The notes under the pieces are model-generated. The model was given only the letters and a program-made list of their open reading frames with translations. It did not search any database and was not told the DNA's origin. The position numbers were made by a program, and so were the translations under genes. 28,290 nucleotides of DNA. It comes from a virus. Its lineage: Duplodnaviria > Caudoviricetes. Location: positions 1-28,290 of IMG/VR virus record IMGVR_UViG_3300032330_001190, one strand, 5' to 3'. This document shows, piece by piece, positions 1 through 8,179 of the stretch. How positions within the stretch are numbered: the first letter of the stretch is position 1; every line of letters starts with the position of its first letter.

Positions 1-441
1 TCTTCCAACCCAAATAGGAGACAATACGACCGCATATTGCGCTGACGATCCTATGCAGACTTTCGGCCACTCAAGCGTCAAACGAACAAGCCGTTCAATA
101 GGCTCGTGCATGTGCCAAACCGGAACACCACGATGCCCATGAGGCCATTGAGCAATCAGAGCATCCTGATCTTCGTCAGAGCCTGTAATCACATCTGGGA
201 TAACCGCCCATGTCGTAGGGCAGTCGAGCCATTTGTCTGTCCAAGCGTAATAGCCACTCCAATCAACTGCTTTACCCGTCTTCCATGCGGAGAAAGCACC
301 ATTATCCAGCATCACTGACTGACCAATTTGATGGCAACGAGCAACGTCCGCAGGCGCAGCATGGCTAACGCAGAAGTGCCGCCCATGAAGTTCAAGCAAT
401 GCGCTAATCGGCGTGATTGGCGTCCCGTGATAATGGATCAC
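1..441 (-). CDS. TGT/DpdA-like (tRNA-guanine transglycosylase fold) phage protein, 3'-truncated by window edge
   Basis: Not in ORF track. Hand translation from GTG at 441 (overlaps upstream TGA 438-440) is open to position 1: MIHYHGTPITPISALLELHGRHFCVSHAAPADVARCHQIGQSVMLDNGAFSAWKTGKAVDWSGYYAWTDKWLDCPTTWAVIPDVITGSDEDQDALIAQWPHGHRGVPVWHMHE... The LDNGAF, IPDVI and PVWH motifs resemble TGT/DpdA-type motifs. Confidence 0.65.
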   Translation of the reverse strand, partial: MIHYHGTPITPISALLELHGRHFCVSHAAPADVARCHQIGQSVMLDNGAFSAWKTGKAVDWSGYYAWTDKWLDCPTTWAVIPDVITGSDEDQDALIAQWPHGHRGVPVWHMHEPIERLVRLTLEWPKVCIGSSAQYAVVLSPIWVGR

Positions 442-683
442 TGTTTCTCATCCAGTGCTTTGTGGGCTATGTTGATGCGCTCAGACAGAATTTGCGCTAC
501 ATCAAGCATGTTGACCATCGTGCTAGTTGACCATTCAGTTTCGTAGCCCGCTGCAATCTCCCGCAGCGCCGCCTCCAGCTTCTCGATGCGGTCGGCTGCT
601 TCGTCGCACACAGCATTGCCGCACAGACACTCTACATTGGCCTCTGCTCGCGAACGCAGCCGCTTCATAAAATCATCGCTCAT
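438..683 (-). CDS. hypothetical phage protein (81 aa)
   Basis: ATG at 683 preceded by GGGAGA RBS; EAADRIEKLEAALREIA coiled-coil typical of small phage proteins; stop overlaps next start. Confidence 0.75.
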   Translation of the reverse strand: MSDDFMKRLRSRAEANVECLCGNAVCDEAADRIEKLEAALREIAAGYETEWSTSTMVNMLDVAQILSERINIAHKALDEKQ

Positions 684-754
684 GTCATTTCTCCCGCAAA
701 CATCCATCGTGGACGGCCATCGCGTGTGCGGTAGGTTTTATTTTTGTCGATCAT
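680..754 (-). CDS. 24-aa mini-ORF or gene remnant (MIDKNKTYRTRDGRPRWMFAGEMT)
   Basis: AAGGAAA RBS-like sequence upstream; TGA overlaps the ATG of the next gene (ATGA coupling); fills the intergenic gap. Confidence 0.4.
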   Translation of the reverse strand: MIDKNKTYRTRDGRPRWMFAGEMT

Positions 755-770
755 TTCTTTTCCTTTCCAT

Positions 771-1493
771 TTACACGGTAACTCGATACTGCTTCTGTTC
801 ATTGATCCATTTCTCATCGGCGTTCACAAACACCGGCTGAATGAAGATCTGTTTAATCTGGGCATTCCCCTTGCCGAAGTGTTGTGTGCGAATATGCCCA
901 CGGCGAAGATGCGGACGCTTCAAACTTCCACCGCCTGACGATGATCCATATGTCTCGGTGATTTTACCAATCCTGATCGTGGTCGTATGCGAGTAAAGCT
1001 TCGAATCCTTTTTCGCTTTCGGGCTAATCGATTTGTTTGAATTAACAACGACCTTCTTGTCGATGTTCTTTGTCGCCAAAATAGCAATTAGAAAAGCGTT
1101 AACCACCCTCGTAATCGCAACCCCAAAATCATAAACTCTTTCAGGGGCTTCATTCAAATTTTTAATTACGCCGTTTTTGTTTTTAAGATACATGCGAGCC
1201 TTGCATTTTGCGCTTTCAGGATCGGCAACGTATTCAAAAACCCAAACAATGCTGTTTAGCTTGGCATCGTGAATGATCCTTTCACTGTCAGTCGATTCGT
1301 AATTTGAAGGGTTAATTGCATAAACGAAATTGTCGATGAACAATGTGCTGACTTCGACGCAATACCAATGATAAGGCGAGTTTGCGATGCCCAGCGTACA
1401 CATGTCTGTGTAGGTCGCGCGGGCGTCATTAACGTCAACGGCTTCCAGAAGCTCGGGGCTCAATCGAAACAGATGTGGCTTGTCCTGAATCAT
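771..1493 (-). CDS. hypothetical phage protein with C-terminal HxRRGHxR motif (240 aa)
   Basis: Long ORF; RPHLRRGHIRTQHFG motif recurrent in phage proteins; visibly AT-richer than neighbours; ATGA-coupled to upstream gene. Confidence 0.85.
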   Translation of the reverse strand: MIQDKPHLFRLSPELLEAVDVNDARATYTDMCTLGIANSPYHWYCVEVSTLFIDNFVYAINPSNYESTDSERIIHDAKLNSIVWVFEYVADPESAKCKARMYLKNKNGVIKNLNEAPERVYDFGVAITRVVNAFLIAILATKNIDKKVVVNSNKSISPKAKKDSKLYSHTTTIRIGKITETYGSSSGGGSLKRPHLRRGHIRTQHFGKGNAQIKQIFIQPVFVNADEKWINEQKQYRVTV

Positions 1494-1720
1494 CTAAGTC
1501 CACTCCTAATTGCAAGCGCATGGCGGCGCATCTCTTCCTGAACGTCCTGATCTTGGATGTGTCTGAAGGCTATCGAGACGATATGGCCAATGTGGTCGAG
1601 GGCATCATCGATGAAGTCAGCGGCTTCAGGACCATCAGGATTGACGGGCTGATGCCAGACCTTGGGATACCGGGGGTCCATATAGGCCTCAGTCCTGCGG
1701 AGGCGCTCTTGGAGGTTCAT
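1490..1720 (-). CDS. hypothetical protein (76 aa)
   Basis: ORF in leftward operon, 4-bp overlap with downstream gene. Confidence 0.7.
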   Translation of the reverse strand: MNLQERLRRTEAYMDPRYPKVWHQPVNPDGPEAADFIDDALDHIGHIVSIAFRHIQDQDVQEEMRRHALAIRSGLR

Positions 1721-1743
1721 CGTTCATTCCATTTCAATAAGAG

Positions 1744-1780
1744 TGGCAACTTCCCGGACAATACCGCCGAGAAGTTGCCA
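1744..1780 (-). terminator. stem-loop, possible terminator or processing hairpin
   Basis: Minus strand TGGCAACTTCTCGG-N9-CCGGGAAGTTGCCA (14-bp stem, one G-U), followed by CTCTTATT, just after the DUF6378 stop. Confidence 0.55.
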
Positions 1781-1794
1781 TTTCGTTAACGCGG

Positions 1795-2172
1795 TTAACC
1801 CTCCGGTTGGGGCGACAGCTTCGACGCCATATCGCGGATATCTTCATCGACCATCTGCTCAGCGCGGATCTCATTCGAGAACTGAGCCGCGAAGGCCAGA
1901 TAGTTGATGCCGTCCTGATAGTTATCAGGCTTCATCGGGCTCTTGCGTATGCGGGCCAGCTTCAAGGAGTGCATGAAGATCGCAGCCCTGTGGCGGGACA
2001 GCTTCTCTCCAGTGATGATCTCAAAGATGGAGCAGGCATTGTTGAAGACCTCTCCGACATCTCCGTACTGATCGTTCCTGTCGCGCAGGATGGCGATGGA
2101 TTGGCCCAGAATCTCAATATGGTTCATTTCATTCTCCGGTTTGCGGGGATCATTCTCAGTGCGCTTCGCCAT
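1795..2172 (-). CDS. DUF6378-like protein (125 aa)
   Basis: RNDQYG...F...AAIFMHSLKLARI...DNYQDGINYLA pattern matches the DUF6378 consensus as recalled; AAGGGGAG RBS. Confidence 0.75.
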   Translation of the reverse strand: MAKRTENDPRKPENEMNHIEILGQSIAILRDRNDQYGDVGEVFNNACSIFEIITGEKLSRHRAAIFMHSLKLARIRKSPMKPDNYQDGINYLAFAAQFSNEIRAEQMVDEDIRDMASKLSPQPEG

Positions 2173-2452
2173 ATGATCTCCCCTTGTGTTCAGTGGTTGT
2201 TAACCCAAACTCTTTGATCTTCCCGATGTGCAGATGGTTGATCGCCGTCCTACCAACTGAATAATAAGGATCATTCACTGACGGAGCCGCTTTCGAGTTT
2301 CGATAGAGTTCATCGACAACGAGAAAGTCGTTTTGCTCCAATGCTCGGCAAAACTCGTCAATGCTCTTGGACGGATGCTCGCAAACGATCTGGTGAATTG
2401 CTGCACCAGAGTAAGCTGGCATGTTCATCGTAATCAGGAATCTCACTCGCAT
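2156..2452 (-). CDS. hypothetical protein (98 aa)
   Basis: ORF in operon context with GGAG RBS; start could be GTG at 2446. Confidence 0.75.
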   Translation of the reverse strand: MRVRFLITMNMPAYSGAAIHQIVCEHPSKSIDEFCRALEQNDFLVVDELYRNSKAAPSVNDPYYSVGRTAINHLHIGKIKEFGLTTTEHKGRSYGEAH

Positions 2453-2494
2453 TCTCCAAAGTGGTGGGGCGAGCCTAAGCCCGCCCCGGTTTGA

Positions 2495-3166
2495 TTAGCC
2501 AAAGTCGTCTTCATCGACCGCCTTCGCAGGAGATCCGACCTTCGTCGAACCTGTCGTCGGAGGGGCCTTTGTAGGGGCGTCAAAGTCATCTGTGGCAACC
2601 GCAGACGCCTGACTGGTACGCGGCTGGTACTGGAGATCGTCGGGACGCTTAACCCAGCCAACGATCTCAAACGAGGGCGCATAATTCGTCTGACGCTTTG
2701 CGCCTTCCCCGGTGGTGATCGGAGTCGGTTCGTTCAGAACGACGACAGGCAACTTGCCAGCGTTATCCTTGCGGCCAGACAGGTAATCGTCATGCAGCTT
2801 GTCGAGGCCGCGAGCGAACGAGGCGGCATGGCTCGACATCTCGCGAACGTCGCCGCCGCAATCTTTCGCCAGCTTCATCACAATCCTGAAGCCCTTGCGG
2901 TGCTTGTCGTCAGGACGCTGCGGAACCGGAGATCCATTATGCGCAAGAACCATCGAGGGAGCGCCACCAGTGTCAAAGTTCATCCAGCCATGCTCGATGT
3001 TCTCGACATCCATGACAGCCTTAAAGCTGCGCGTGATATCCACATCGGTGTTTTCGCCGTTGTCACGATCACGGCGGGTGATGCGGCCAGCCTTGGCGTT
3101 GAACTTCACAAACCCGAGGAAGCTCTTGCTGTTGCCTTCGCTGTCGTAGTTGATACCGAGTGCCAT
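2495..3166 (-). CDS. putative single-stranded DNA-binding protein
   Basis: 223 aa, beta-rich core, flexible linker and acidic-aromatic tail (AVDEDDFG); adjacent to exonuclease; GGAGA RBS. Confidence 0.65.
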   Translation of the reverse strand: MALGINYDSEGNSKSFLGFVKFNAKAGRITRRDRDNGENTDVDITRSFKAVMDVENIEHGWMNFDTGGAPSMVLAHNGSPVPQRPDDKHRKGFRIVMKLAKDCGGDVREMSSHAASFARGLDKLHDDYLSGRKDNAGKLPVVVLNEPTPITTGEGAKRQTNYAPSFEIVGWVKRPDDLQYQPRTSQASAVATDDFDAPTKAPPTTGSTKVGSPAKAVDEDDFG

Positions 3167-3229
3167 TTTACTTCTCCATGTTGAGGCTATCTGGCCAGCC
3201 TCTTGCCTTTGCCCACACCGGGCGAAACC

Positions 3230-3979
3230 TTACATTCCCCATGTCTCAAACGCGGCCTGACGAGCAAGCGGATCTGAGAAGTAGAACGAATCAACATCAG
3301 GAACGACGATCCTCGACAGTTCATGCGGATCGTCGCTGATGGATAGGAAGCGCTGAATCGTCAGCGCAATGTTGCCCAGCGCTTCCACATGCTGACGCAC
3401 GTTCTCCAAGCGATAGACAGCGGACTTCTTGGGCGTGACGTAGCATATACGCGCATCGAGATTTTCGCTCCGTGCAGCGCAATATAACGCAACTTGCCGG
3501 GCATGGTTGGTTGAGATTTTTGAGGGTAGAGCATGGGTCGTCTTTAAATCTAAGAGGATGCCGTGGTTCGACCATTCCATGTCATAGAAACCGATCATGG
3601 GAACAGCCAAACCGTCGATCTTGTATTCAATCTTACCCTGAAAGGATGTCGGCTCTCCATAAGGCAGCAGCTCCTTCAGGCCTACTTTCACGAAGTCGGC
3701 AATCGCGCCTTCTTCCTTTTCCTTGCGGGGGTCGCCGCTCAGAACAGTCAATGCTGCAAATCTTTTTTTCGCGTCATCCACAGCTTCTGCTTCGGTCTTC
3801 CCCGACAGGCCAGCTACTACACCGTCCTCCACAGCCGTCCCCCGGTGTGCGGCACAACCAACAGGCGAACGTCTTTTCAGCAGCTTCTCCAGCACAAACA
3901 TGGCGGGAGAGCCGATAAAAAGGTTGCAGGATGAGGGGCTTAGGTGTTCCAGTCCGTGGACTTCAAACGGGTTCTTCAT
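3230..3979 (-). CDS. PD-(D/E)XK nuclease (RecB/Cas4-like phage exonuclease)
   Basis: HLSPSS N-terminal motif, GTAVE, GFYD...LLDLKTT and QVALY (QxxxY) motifs. Confidence 0.85.
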   Translation of the reverse strand: MKNPFEVHGLEHLSPSSCNLFIGSPAMFVLEKLLKRRSPVGCAAHRGTAVEDGVVAGLSGKTEAEAVDDAKKRFAALTVLSGDPRKEKEEGAIADFVKVGLKELLPYGEPTSFQGKIEYKIDGLAVPMIGFYDMEWSNHGILLDLKTTHALPSKISTNHARQVALYCAARSENLDARICYVTPKKSAVYRLENVRQHVEALGNIALTIQRFLSISDDPHELSRIVVPDVDSFYFSDPLARQAAFETWGM

Positions 3980-4011
3980 GAGTCATTCAATCTTTCGAAT
4001 CAGGTAGGTTA

Positions 4012-4087
4012 ACGATAGGGGCAAACAAAATCGCTGTCAAACTAAAATCGAGGGCTGTTGACAGGTTGGACATTTTGTCCCTACCTT
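4012..4087. promoter_or_regulatory. divergent sigma70-type promoters with palindromic operator
   Basis: Leftward TTGACA(4040-4035)-17-TATCGT(4017-4012); rightward TTGACA(4058-4063)-18-TACCTT(4082-4087) with palindrome GGACA-TTT-TGTCC (4068-4080) in the spacer. Confidence 0.6.
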
Positions 4088-4094
4088 AAGCAAC

Positions 4095-4295
4095 ATGATT
4101 CGGAAGCGCACTATCAACTGGGAACTTGTGGATCGGCTCGCAGCCGACCTCGATGTTGATTATTGGGCTCGGAGGAAATGGCAGCAGCGCAAGCATGTGC
4201 CGCACAAGTGGCGGCTGGCTCTCATTGCAGCATCACGCGGGGCGATTCGCCCTGAACATTTTGTTGAGATGGATCGGACATATCATGGCGGCTAA
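4095..4295 (+). CDS. Cro-like helix-turn-helix regulator (66 aa)
   Basis: Small basic protein, LAADLDV..ARRKWQQRKHVP pattern; first gene after a divergent promoter. Confidence 0.65.
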   Translation: MIRKRTINWELVDRLAADLDVDYWARRKWQQRKHVPHKWRLALIAASRGAIRPEHFVEMDRTYHGG

Positions 4296-4746
4296 GTGCA
4301 TCATGGGGCTTGACCCCGGTATCTCGGGCGCAGTCGCCTTCTGGTTCCCCGAGATCCCAGACAAGATCTCGGTCTACGATGTTCCCATCGTCGCCGACGC
4401 CATCAACTGCTCGGAGCTGGCGAGCATCATCAAGACCTATGAGCCCGACATGGCTGTCATCGAGCTGGTCGGCGCTCGTCCCGGTCAGGGCGTCAGCTCC
4501 ATGTTCAAGTTCGGCATGGCGTTCGGCATGGCTCGCGGCGTCATTGGATCGCTGATGATCCCGCAGCACTATGTCTCCCCGGCGAAGTGGAAGAGAAGCT
4601 TCAATCTGGGGTCTGACAAGGAAGCCGCGAGGGATCTCGCCATCAAGCTCTGGCCTCAGTCAGAGGCCTTCAGGCGCAAGAAGGATCATGGCAGGGCGGA
4701 AGCGGCCCTGCTATGCCGGTATGGAGTTGGCAAGCTTGCTTTCTGA
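4285..4746 (+). CDS. RuvC-like Holliday junction resolvase (153 aa)
   Basis: IMGLDPGISGAVA, VIE, SMFKFG, PAKWKR, DHGRAEAALL motifs of phage RuvC-like resolvases; ATG at 4285 preferred over 4126. Confidence 0.88.
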   Translation: MAAKCIMGLDPGISGAVAFWFPEIPDKISVYDVPIVADAINCSELASIIKTYEPDMAVIELVGARPGQGVSSMFKFGMAFGMARGVIGSLMIPQHYVSPAKWKRSFNLGSDKEAARDLAIKLWPQSEAFRRKKDHGRAEAALLCRYGVGKLAF

Positions 4747-4764
4747 TTTGGACGAGGGATTGAT

Positions 4765-6915
4765 ATGGATTTCGACGCGGACTTTGCGACCGTCCCGGAA
4801 TATGCCCGGTTCTATAGGTCGCTGGGCCTTCAGGCAGTGCCTGCCAAGGAGCCCAGAGAAGACAAGAGCTGGAAACGCCCTGCTCTCGCCACATGGCGGG
4901 ATCTTGAAGGCGCTCTGGCGTCAGACGACACGTTCGAGGGCTGGTATGGCACACATGGCCAGCACTCCGGCAGATCGAACATTGGCCTGATCACCGGCAA
5001 AGCTTCAGGCGGGATCTTCGTCGTCGATCTCGACACCCACAAGAACCAGCAGGCCATGGCTTGGTGGATGGGCATCCTTGAGATGCGCCGCACAGCCGGT
5101 GAGCTGGAGACGGCTCAGCAGACGACCGGAGGGGGTGGCAAGCAGATCCTGTTCCGCGCGCCTGAAGGTTGGAACCCGCCCACATGCAAGACGGGCGCAG
5201 GCGTCGATATCAGGGGCGAGGGGGGCTTTGCTGTGCTTCCCCCTTCCCGGCACGAAAGCGGCAGGCTCTACCAGTGGGACGCTGGCATGGAGCCGTGGGA
5301 GATCGGGATCGTCGAGGCCCCCGCATGGCTCTGCATCGAGATCGACAAGCTCGTCGAGGCTTTTGGTGGATCTCGAAACCTCCCTCAAAATGCGAGGAGT
5401 TTTGCACAGGGTCCAGTTATCCACACCCCGACCCCTGAACATTCGACGAACATGTTCGGCATGCTGGTCGATGGCCGCGAAGACTACATGACCAAATTGG
5501 TCTGGGCTCGCGTCGTCGATGAGCGCAGGCAGACCCCGATCAAGCCCGGCAACACCGAGATCGAGCAGATCGCCGAGACCCTGCTGGTCCTGTACGTCAG
5601 GAACGTCAAATCCCGGCTGTCGGTCCCCGGCGCGTCTCAAGAGGAGCTGCTGGAACGCGAGGGCCGGGGCATCTCCCTGATGCGCCAGAAGCTCTATGCA
5701 GCCTTCGCCCAGTGGGATGGCAAGGTCCAGCTACACGCAGACGCAGGACCGCCCGAGAAGCCGCAGGGGTACGAAAGCCCGCGCCCTCAGCAGCCCGCCG
5801 CAGAACAGATCAGGTTCGATCCTGAGACGGGCGAGATATTCAGCGAACCAGCCCCGCCAGAGCTTGAGGTTCTCAGCCTGTCGGAAATCCGACGCCTCCC
5901 CGATCCGAAGTATCTCGTCGAGGGGCTTGTCATCGAGAAGAGCTTTGGGATCACCTTCGGGCCTCCGGGCTGCGGTAAGACCTTCGTCGATCTCAGCATG
6001 GCTCTGAGCATCGCTTACGGGCTTCCTGAGTGGTGGGGCCGCAAGATCCACAAGCACGGGCCGGTGATCTACATCAGCTCAGAGGGCTCGTCAGACGCCA
6101 AGTTCCGCATCGGGGCTTGGGAGACCCACAATCAGGTCAAGAACGACACTGCGCCTTTCTACCTGATCCGGCAGGCCCTGAACTTCCTGAGCCCCGATGA
6201 CGTCACCAAGCTGCTGAAGGCGGTCGCGTGGGTCGCCAAAAAGGAAGGCATCAGCCCCGTTCTGGTCGTCGTAGATACGGTCTCCCGCGTCATCCCCGGC
6301 GTAGATGAGAACCTTCAGAAGGACATGACGCTGTTCATCAAGGCCTGCGACATGGTTCGCGAGGCGTTCGACACGACCGTCATGGGCGTCCATCACACCT
6401 CCCGCGCGGGTAACTTGAGAGGCTCAACTGTCTTCGACGGCGCGGCGGATGTCCTGATCAGCGTCGAGCGCGAGGAAGGCCAGCACTTCGGCCAGATCAC
6501 CGCCAAGAAGATCAAATCGGCGGCTGATGGATGGAGCCAAGAGTTCGAGCTGAAGTCGGTTGACGCGGGCTACATCACGCCAGCGACTTCGCTGGTGGCC
6601 ATTGGCAAGGGCAAGGAGGCCAAATTTGGCGAAAGCTCAAAGCCCAAGGATCAGTTCCCTGAGAAGGCGATCCAGCGGCTCATCCTGCGCGAAATAAAGA
6701 CGGCGTGGGATAGCAACAGGCCTTGGTCAAACTCCCCAAACACTCAAAAGGAGGGGCGCTATGCCCCTCGTATATTGGATCGGAATTGGGGCATCAAAGA
6801 AAAGATCGCAGACCTTTTGATTGAGAGTTGGCAGATCAACAAGATCGTCAGCACCGAGATCTGCGACAAGAGTACGAAGATGAAGGGCCTGAAAGTCATC
6901 GGCTCGATTGATTGA
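4765..6915 (+). CDS. bifunctional primase-polymerase (Prim-Pol) fused to RecA/RepA-type (AAA_25) helicase
   Basis: NIGLITG..IFVVDLD, TGGGGKQILF, VDIRGEGGFAVLPPSRH (Prim-Pol); Walker A GPPGCGKT, Walker B LVVVDT, VHHT, LRGS motifs. Confidence 0.92.
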   Translation: MDFDADFATVPEYARFYRSLGLQAVPAKEPREDKSWKRPALATWRDLEGALASDDTFEGWYGTHGQHSGRSNIGLITGKASGGIFVVDLDTHKNQQAMAWWMGILEMRRTAGELETAQQTTGGGGKQILFRAPEGWNPPTCKTGAGVDIRGEGGFAVLPPSRHESGRLYQWDAGMEPWEIGIVEAPAWLCIEIDKLVEAFGGSRNLPQNARSFAQGPVIHTPTPEHSTNMFGMLVDGREDYMTKLVWARVVDERRQTPIKPGNTEIEQIAETLLVLYVRNVKSRLSVPGASQEELLEREGRGISLMRQKLYAAFAQWDGKVQLHADAGPPEKPQGYESPRPQQPAAEQIRFDPETGEIFSEPAPPELEVLSLSEIRRLPDPKYLVEGLVIEKSFGITFGPPGCGKTFVDLSMALSIAYGLPEWWGRKIHKHGPVIYISSEGSSDAKFRIGAWETHNQVKNDTAPFYLIRQALNFLSPDDVTKLLKAVAWVAKKEGISPVLVVVDTVSRVIPGVDENLQKDMTLFIKACDMVREAFDTTVMGVHHTSRAGNLRGSTVFDGAADVLISVEREEGQHFGQITAKKIKSAADGWSQEFELKSVDAGYITPATSLVAIGKGKEAKFGESSKPKDQFPEKAIQRLILREIKTAWDSNRPWSNSPNTQKEGRYAPRILDRNWGIKEKIADLLIESWQINKIVSTEICDKSTKMKGLKVIGSID

Positions 6916-6938
6916 AAGATTCACATGAAACACCCCAC

Positions 6939-7178
6939 CGGAAGTCGAACGGAAGTCTCCGGGCATTTGCGGAAGTCGATCTGCAAGCCCTTGAAAACAA
7001 ACAATAAAGTTGCGGAAGTCGCTTGCGGAAGTCTCCCGGAAGTCCCGGAAGTCGATCTGCAAGTCATTGAAAACAAACGACTTTTTTGCGGAAGTCGTTT
7101 GCGGAAGTCGGCCCCCTTACTAACATTAGTAAGGTAAGGGTAGGGCGCGGAAGCGCTCCCTTACGGTCGCGCGTCCGC
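6939..7178. repeat. iteron-like repeat cluster and hairpins, putative replication origin
   Basis: CGGAAGTC at 6939, 6950, 6970, 7013, 7026, 7037, 7046, 7089, 7102; 33-bp near-duplicate 6970-7002 / 7046-7078; palindrome CCTTACTAA-CA-TTAGTAAGG 7115-7134; immediately downstream of primase-helicase. Confidence 0.8.
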
Positions 7179-7218
7179 TTTTTAGGGGCTTTGCCCCGTG
7201 ACACGACAGGAGATTGAG

Positions 7219-7557
7219 ATGAGCGAAGGAAATGTGAAGGTTAAGCAGACGAGAGTGGTCGGAGGCCGGAAGCTTGTCATGAGGAATGATGAGGTGAAGC
7301 TTGGAGACCGTGACGAGTGGTTTGTCTATCGGGTCGAGGGATGGTCGAAACATGGATGGCAAAGCCTGAAGGTGTTTCGGTATGCGAAGGGTCCGAAGAA
7401 TCTCTGGCAGCTCGGGTATCGGGATGGGAGGTTGGCGAGGAACAAGGATGCGAAGTTGCTCGGTGAGCATCATCCGGGCGTTGCCGATTGGATCGTCGAG
7501 CTGATGGACGGATTGGCGGATCTGGAGACGAGGAGGATTGACAATGGCAAAGCTTAA
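7219..7557 (+). CDS. hypothetical protein (112 aa)
   Basis: ATG 7219 after AGGAG RBS; overlaps next gene. Confidence 0.7.
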   Translation: MSEGNVKVKQTRVVGGRKLVMRNDEVKLGDRDEWFVYRVEGWSKHGWQSLKVFRYAKGPKNLWQLGYRDGRLARNKDAKLLGEHHPGVADWIVELMDGLADLETRRIDNGKA

Positions 7558-8158
7558 GAATGGGGATGAGAAGGTCGCGGCGAAGGCGAAGGAGTCGCAG
7601 TTCCCGGCATGGCAGCTAGACCCCGGAACCTACATCGCTGGCAGGGAGGAGATCGACGACCTCGACCTCGTGGCCATCGAGATGGAACGGAAGTGGGGCG
7701 CAGATCGCCTGCGCACTTTGGTGGCGAAGGATCTGCGGGAGAAGTTCGACAGGCAGCGTTACCTCACCAATCAGGCGATCTGGCACGGCGACCTTCAGGC
7801 GGTCAGGCGTGAGGCGAAAAGGATGATCGCTGGCTGGAGGGCTCTAGATCGAGCTGCGGAGGCCGCTGGAGCCCCAAGTCTGTCGCCGGAGGTGTGGGAG
7901 TGCGTCGGCAAGCATGGCGAGGTCTACGCCCTTGTGAGGGGCGAGAATGAGGCTCGGGCTGTGACGGCGAGCGGGAGGTTCGTGAAGGTCTACACGCTCG
8001 ACGAGATCGCCCATCTGCTGGATGGCTTCCCGGAGCTGGCGAAGGCGAAGGAGGTATTCCCCGGAGCGATGGTCTACAAGGCCCCTACGAGGGTCACAGA
8101 ACCGCTGGACGGGCTGGCTGACAGCAAGGAGCCCCTGAACGATCCTTTGCCGTTCTAG
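7544..8158 (+). CDS. hypothetical phage protein (204 aa)
   Basis: ATG 7544 after AGGAGGA; MERKWGADRL motif; ends NDPLPF. Confidence 0.85.
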   Translation: MAKLKNGDEKVAAKAKESQFPAWQLDPGTYIAGREEIDDLDLVAIEMERKWGADRLRTLVAKDLREKFDRQRYLTNQAIWHGDLQAVRREAKRMIAGWRALDRAAEAAGAPSLSPEVWECVGKHGEVYALVRGENEARAVTASGRFVKVYTLDEIAHLLDGFPELAKAKEVFPGAMVYKAPTRVTEPLDGLADSKEPLNDPLPF

Positions 8159-8179
8159 GGGCTCTCAGGGGCCTTGGCG

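Noticed and set aside
3230-3979. Cas4 as part of a CRISPR system
   Set aside because: Lacks the Fe-S cysteine cluster; context beside SSB indicates a phage recombination exonuclease.
5417-5425. DnaA box TTATCCACA in the primase gene
   Set aside because: Single copy inside coding sequence; can be chance.
6939-7109. Possible CRISPR array
   Set aside because: Repeats are 8 bp with irregular 1-35 bp gaps; no constant spacer length and no cas operon.
6925-7137. 70-aa ORF over the CGGAAGTC repeats
   Set aside because: Repeats occur in different reading frames, so they are DNA-level; no clear RBS.
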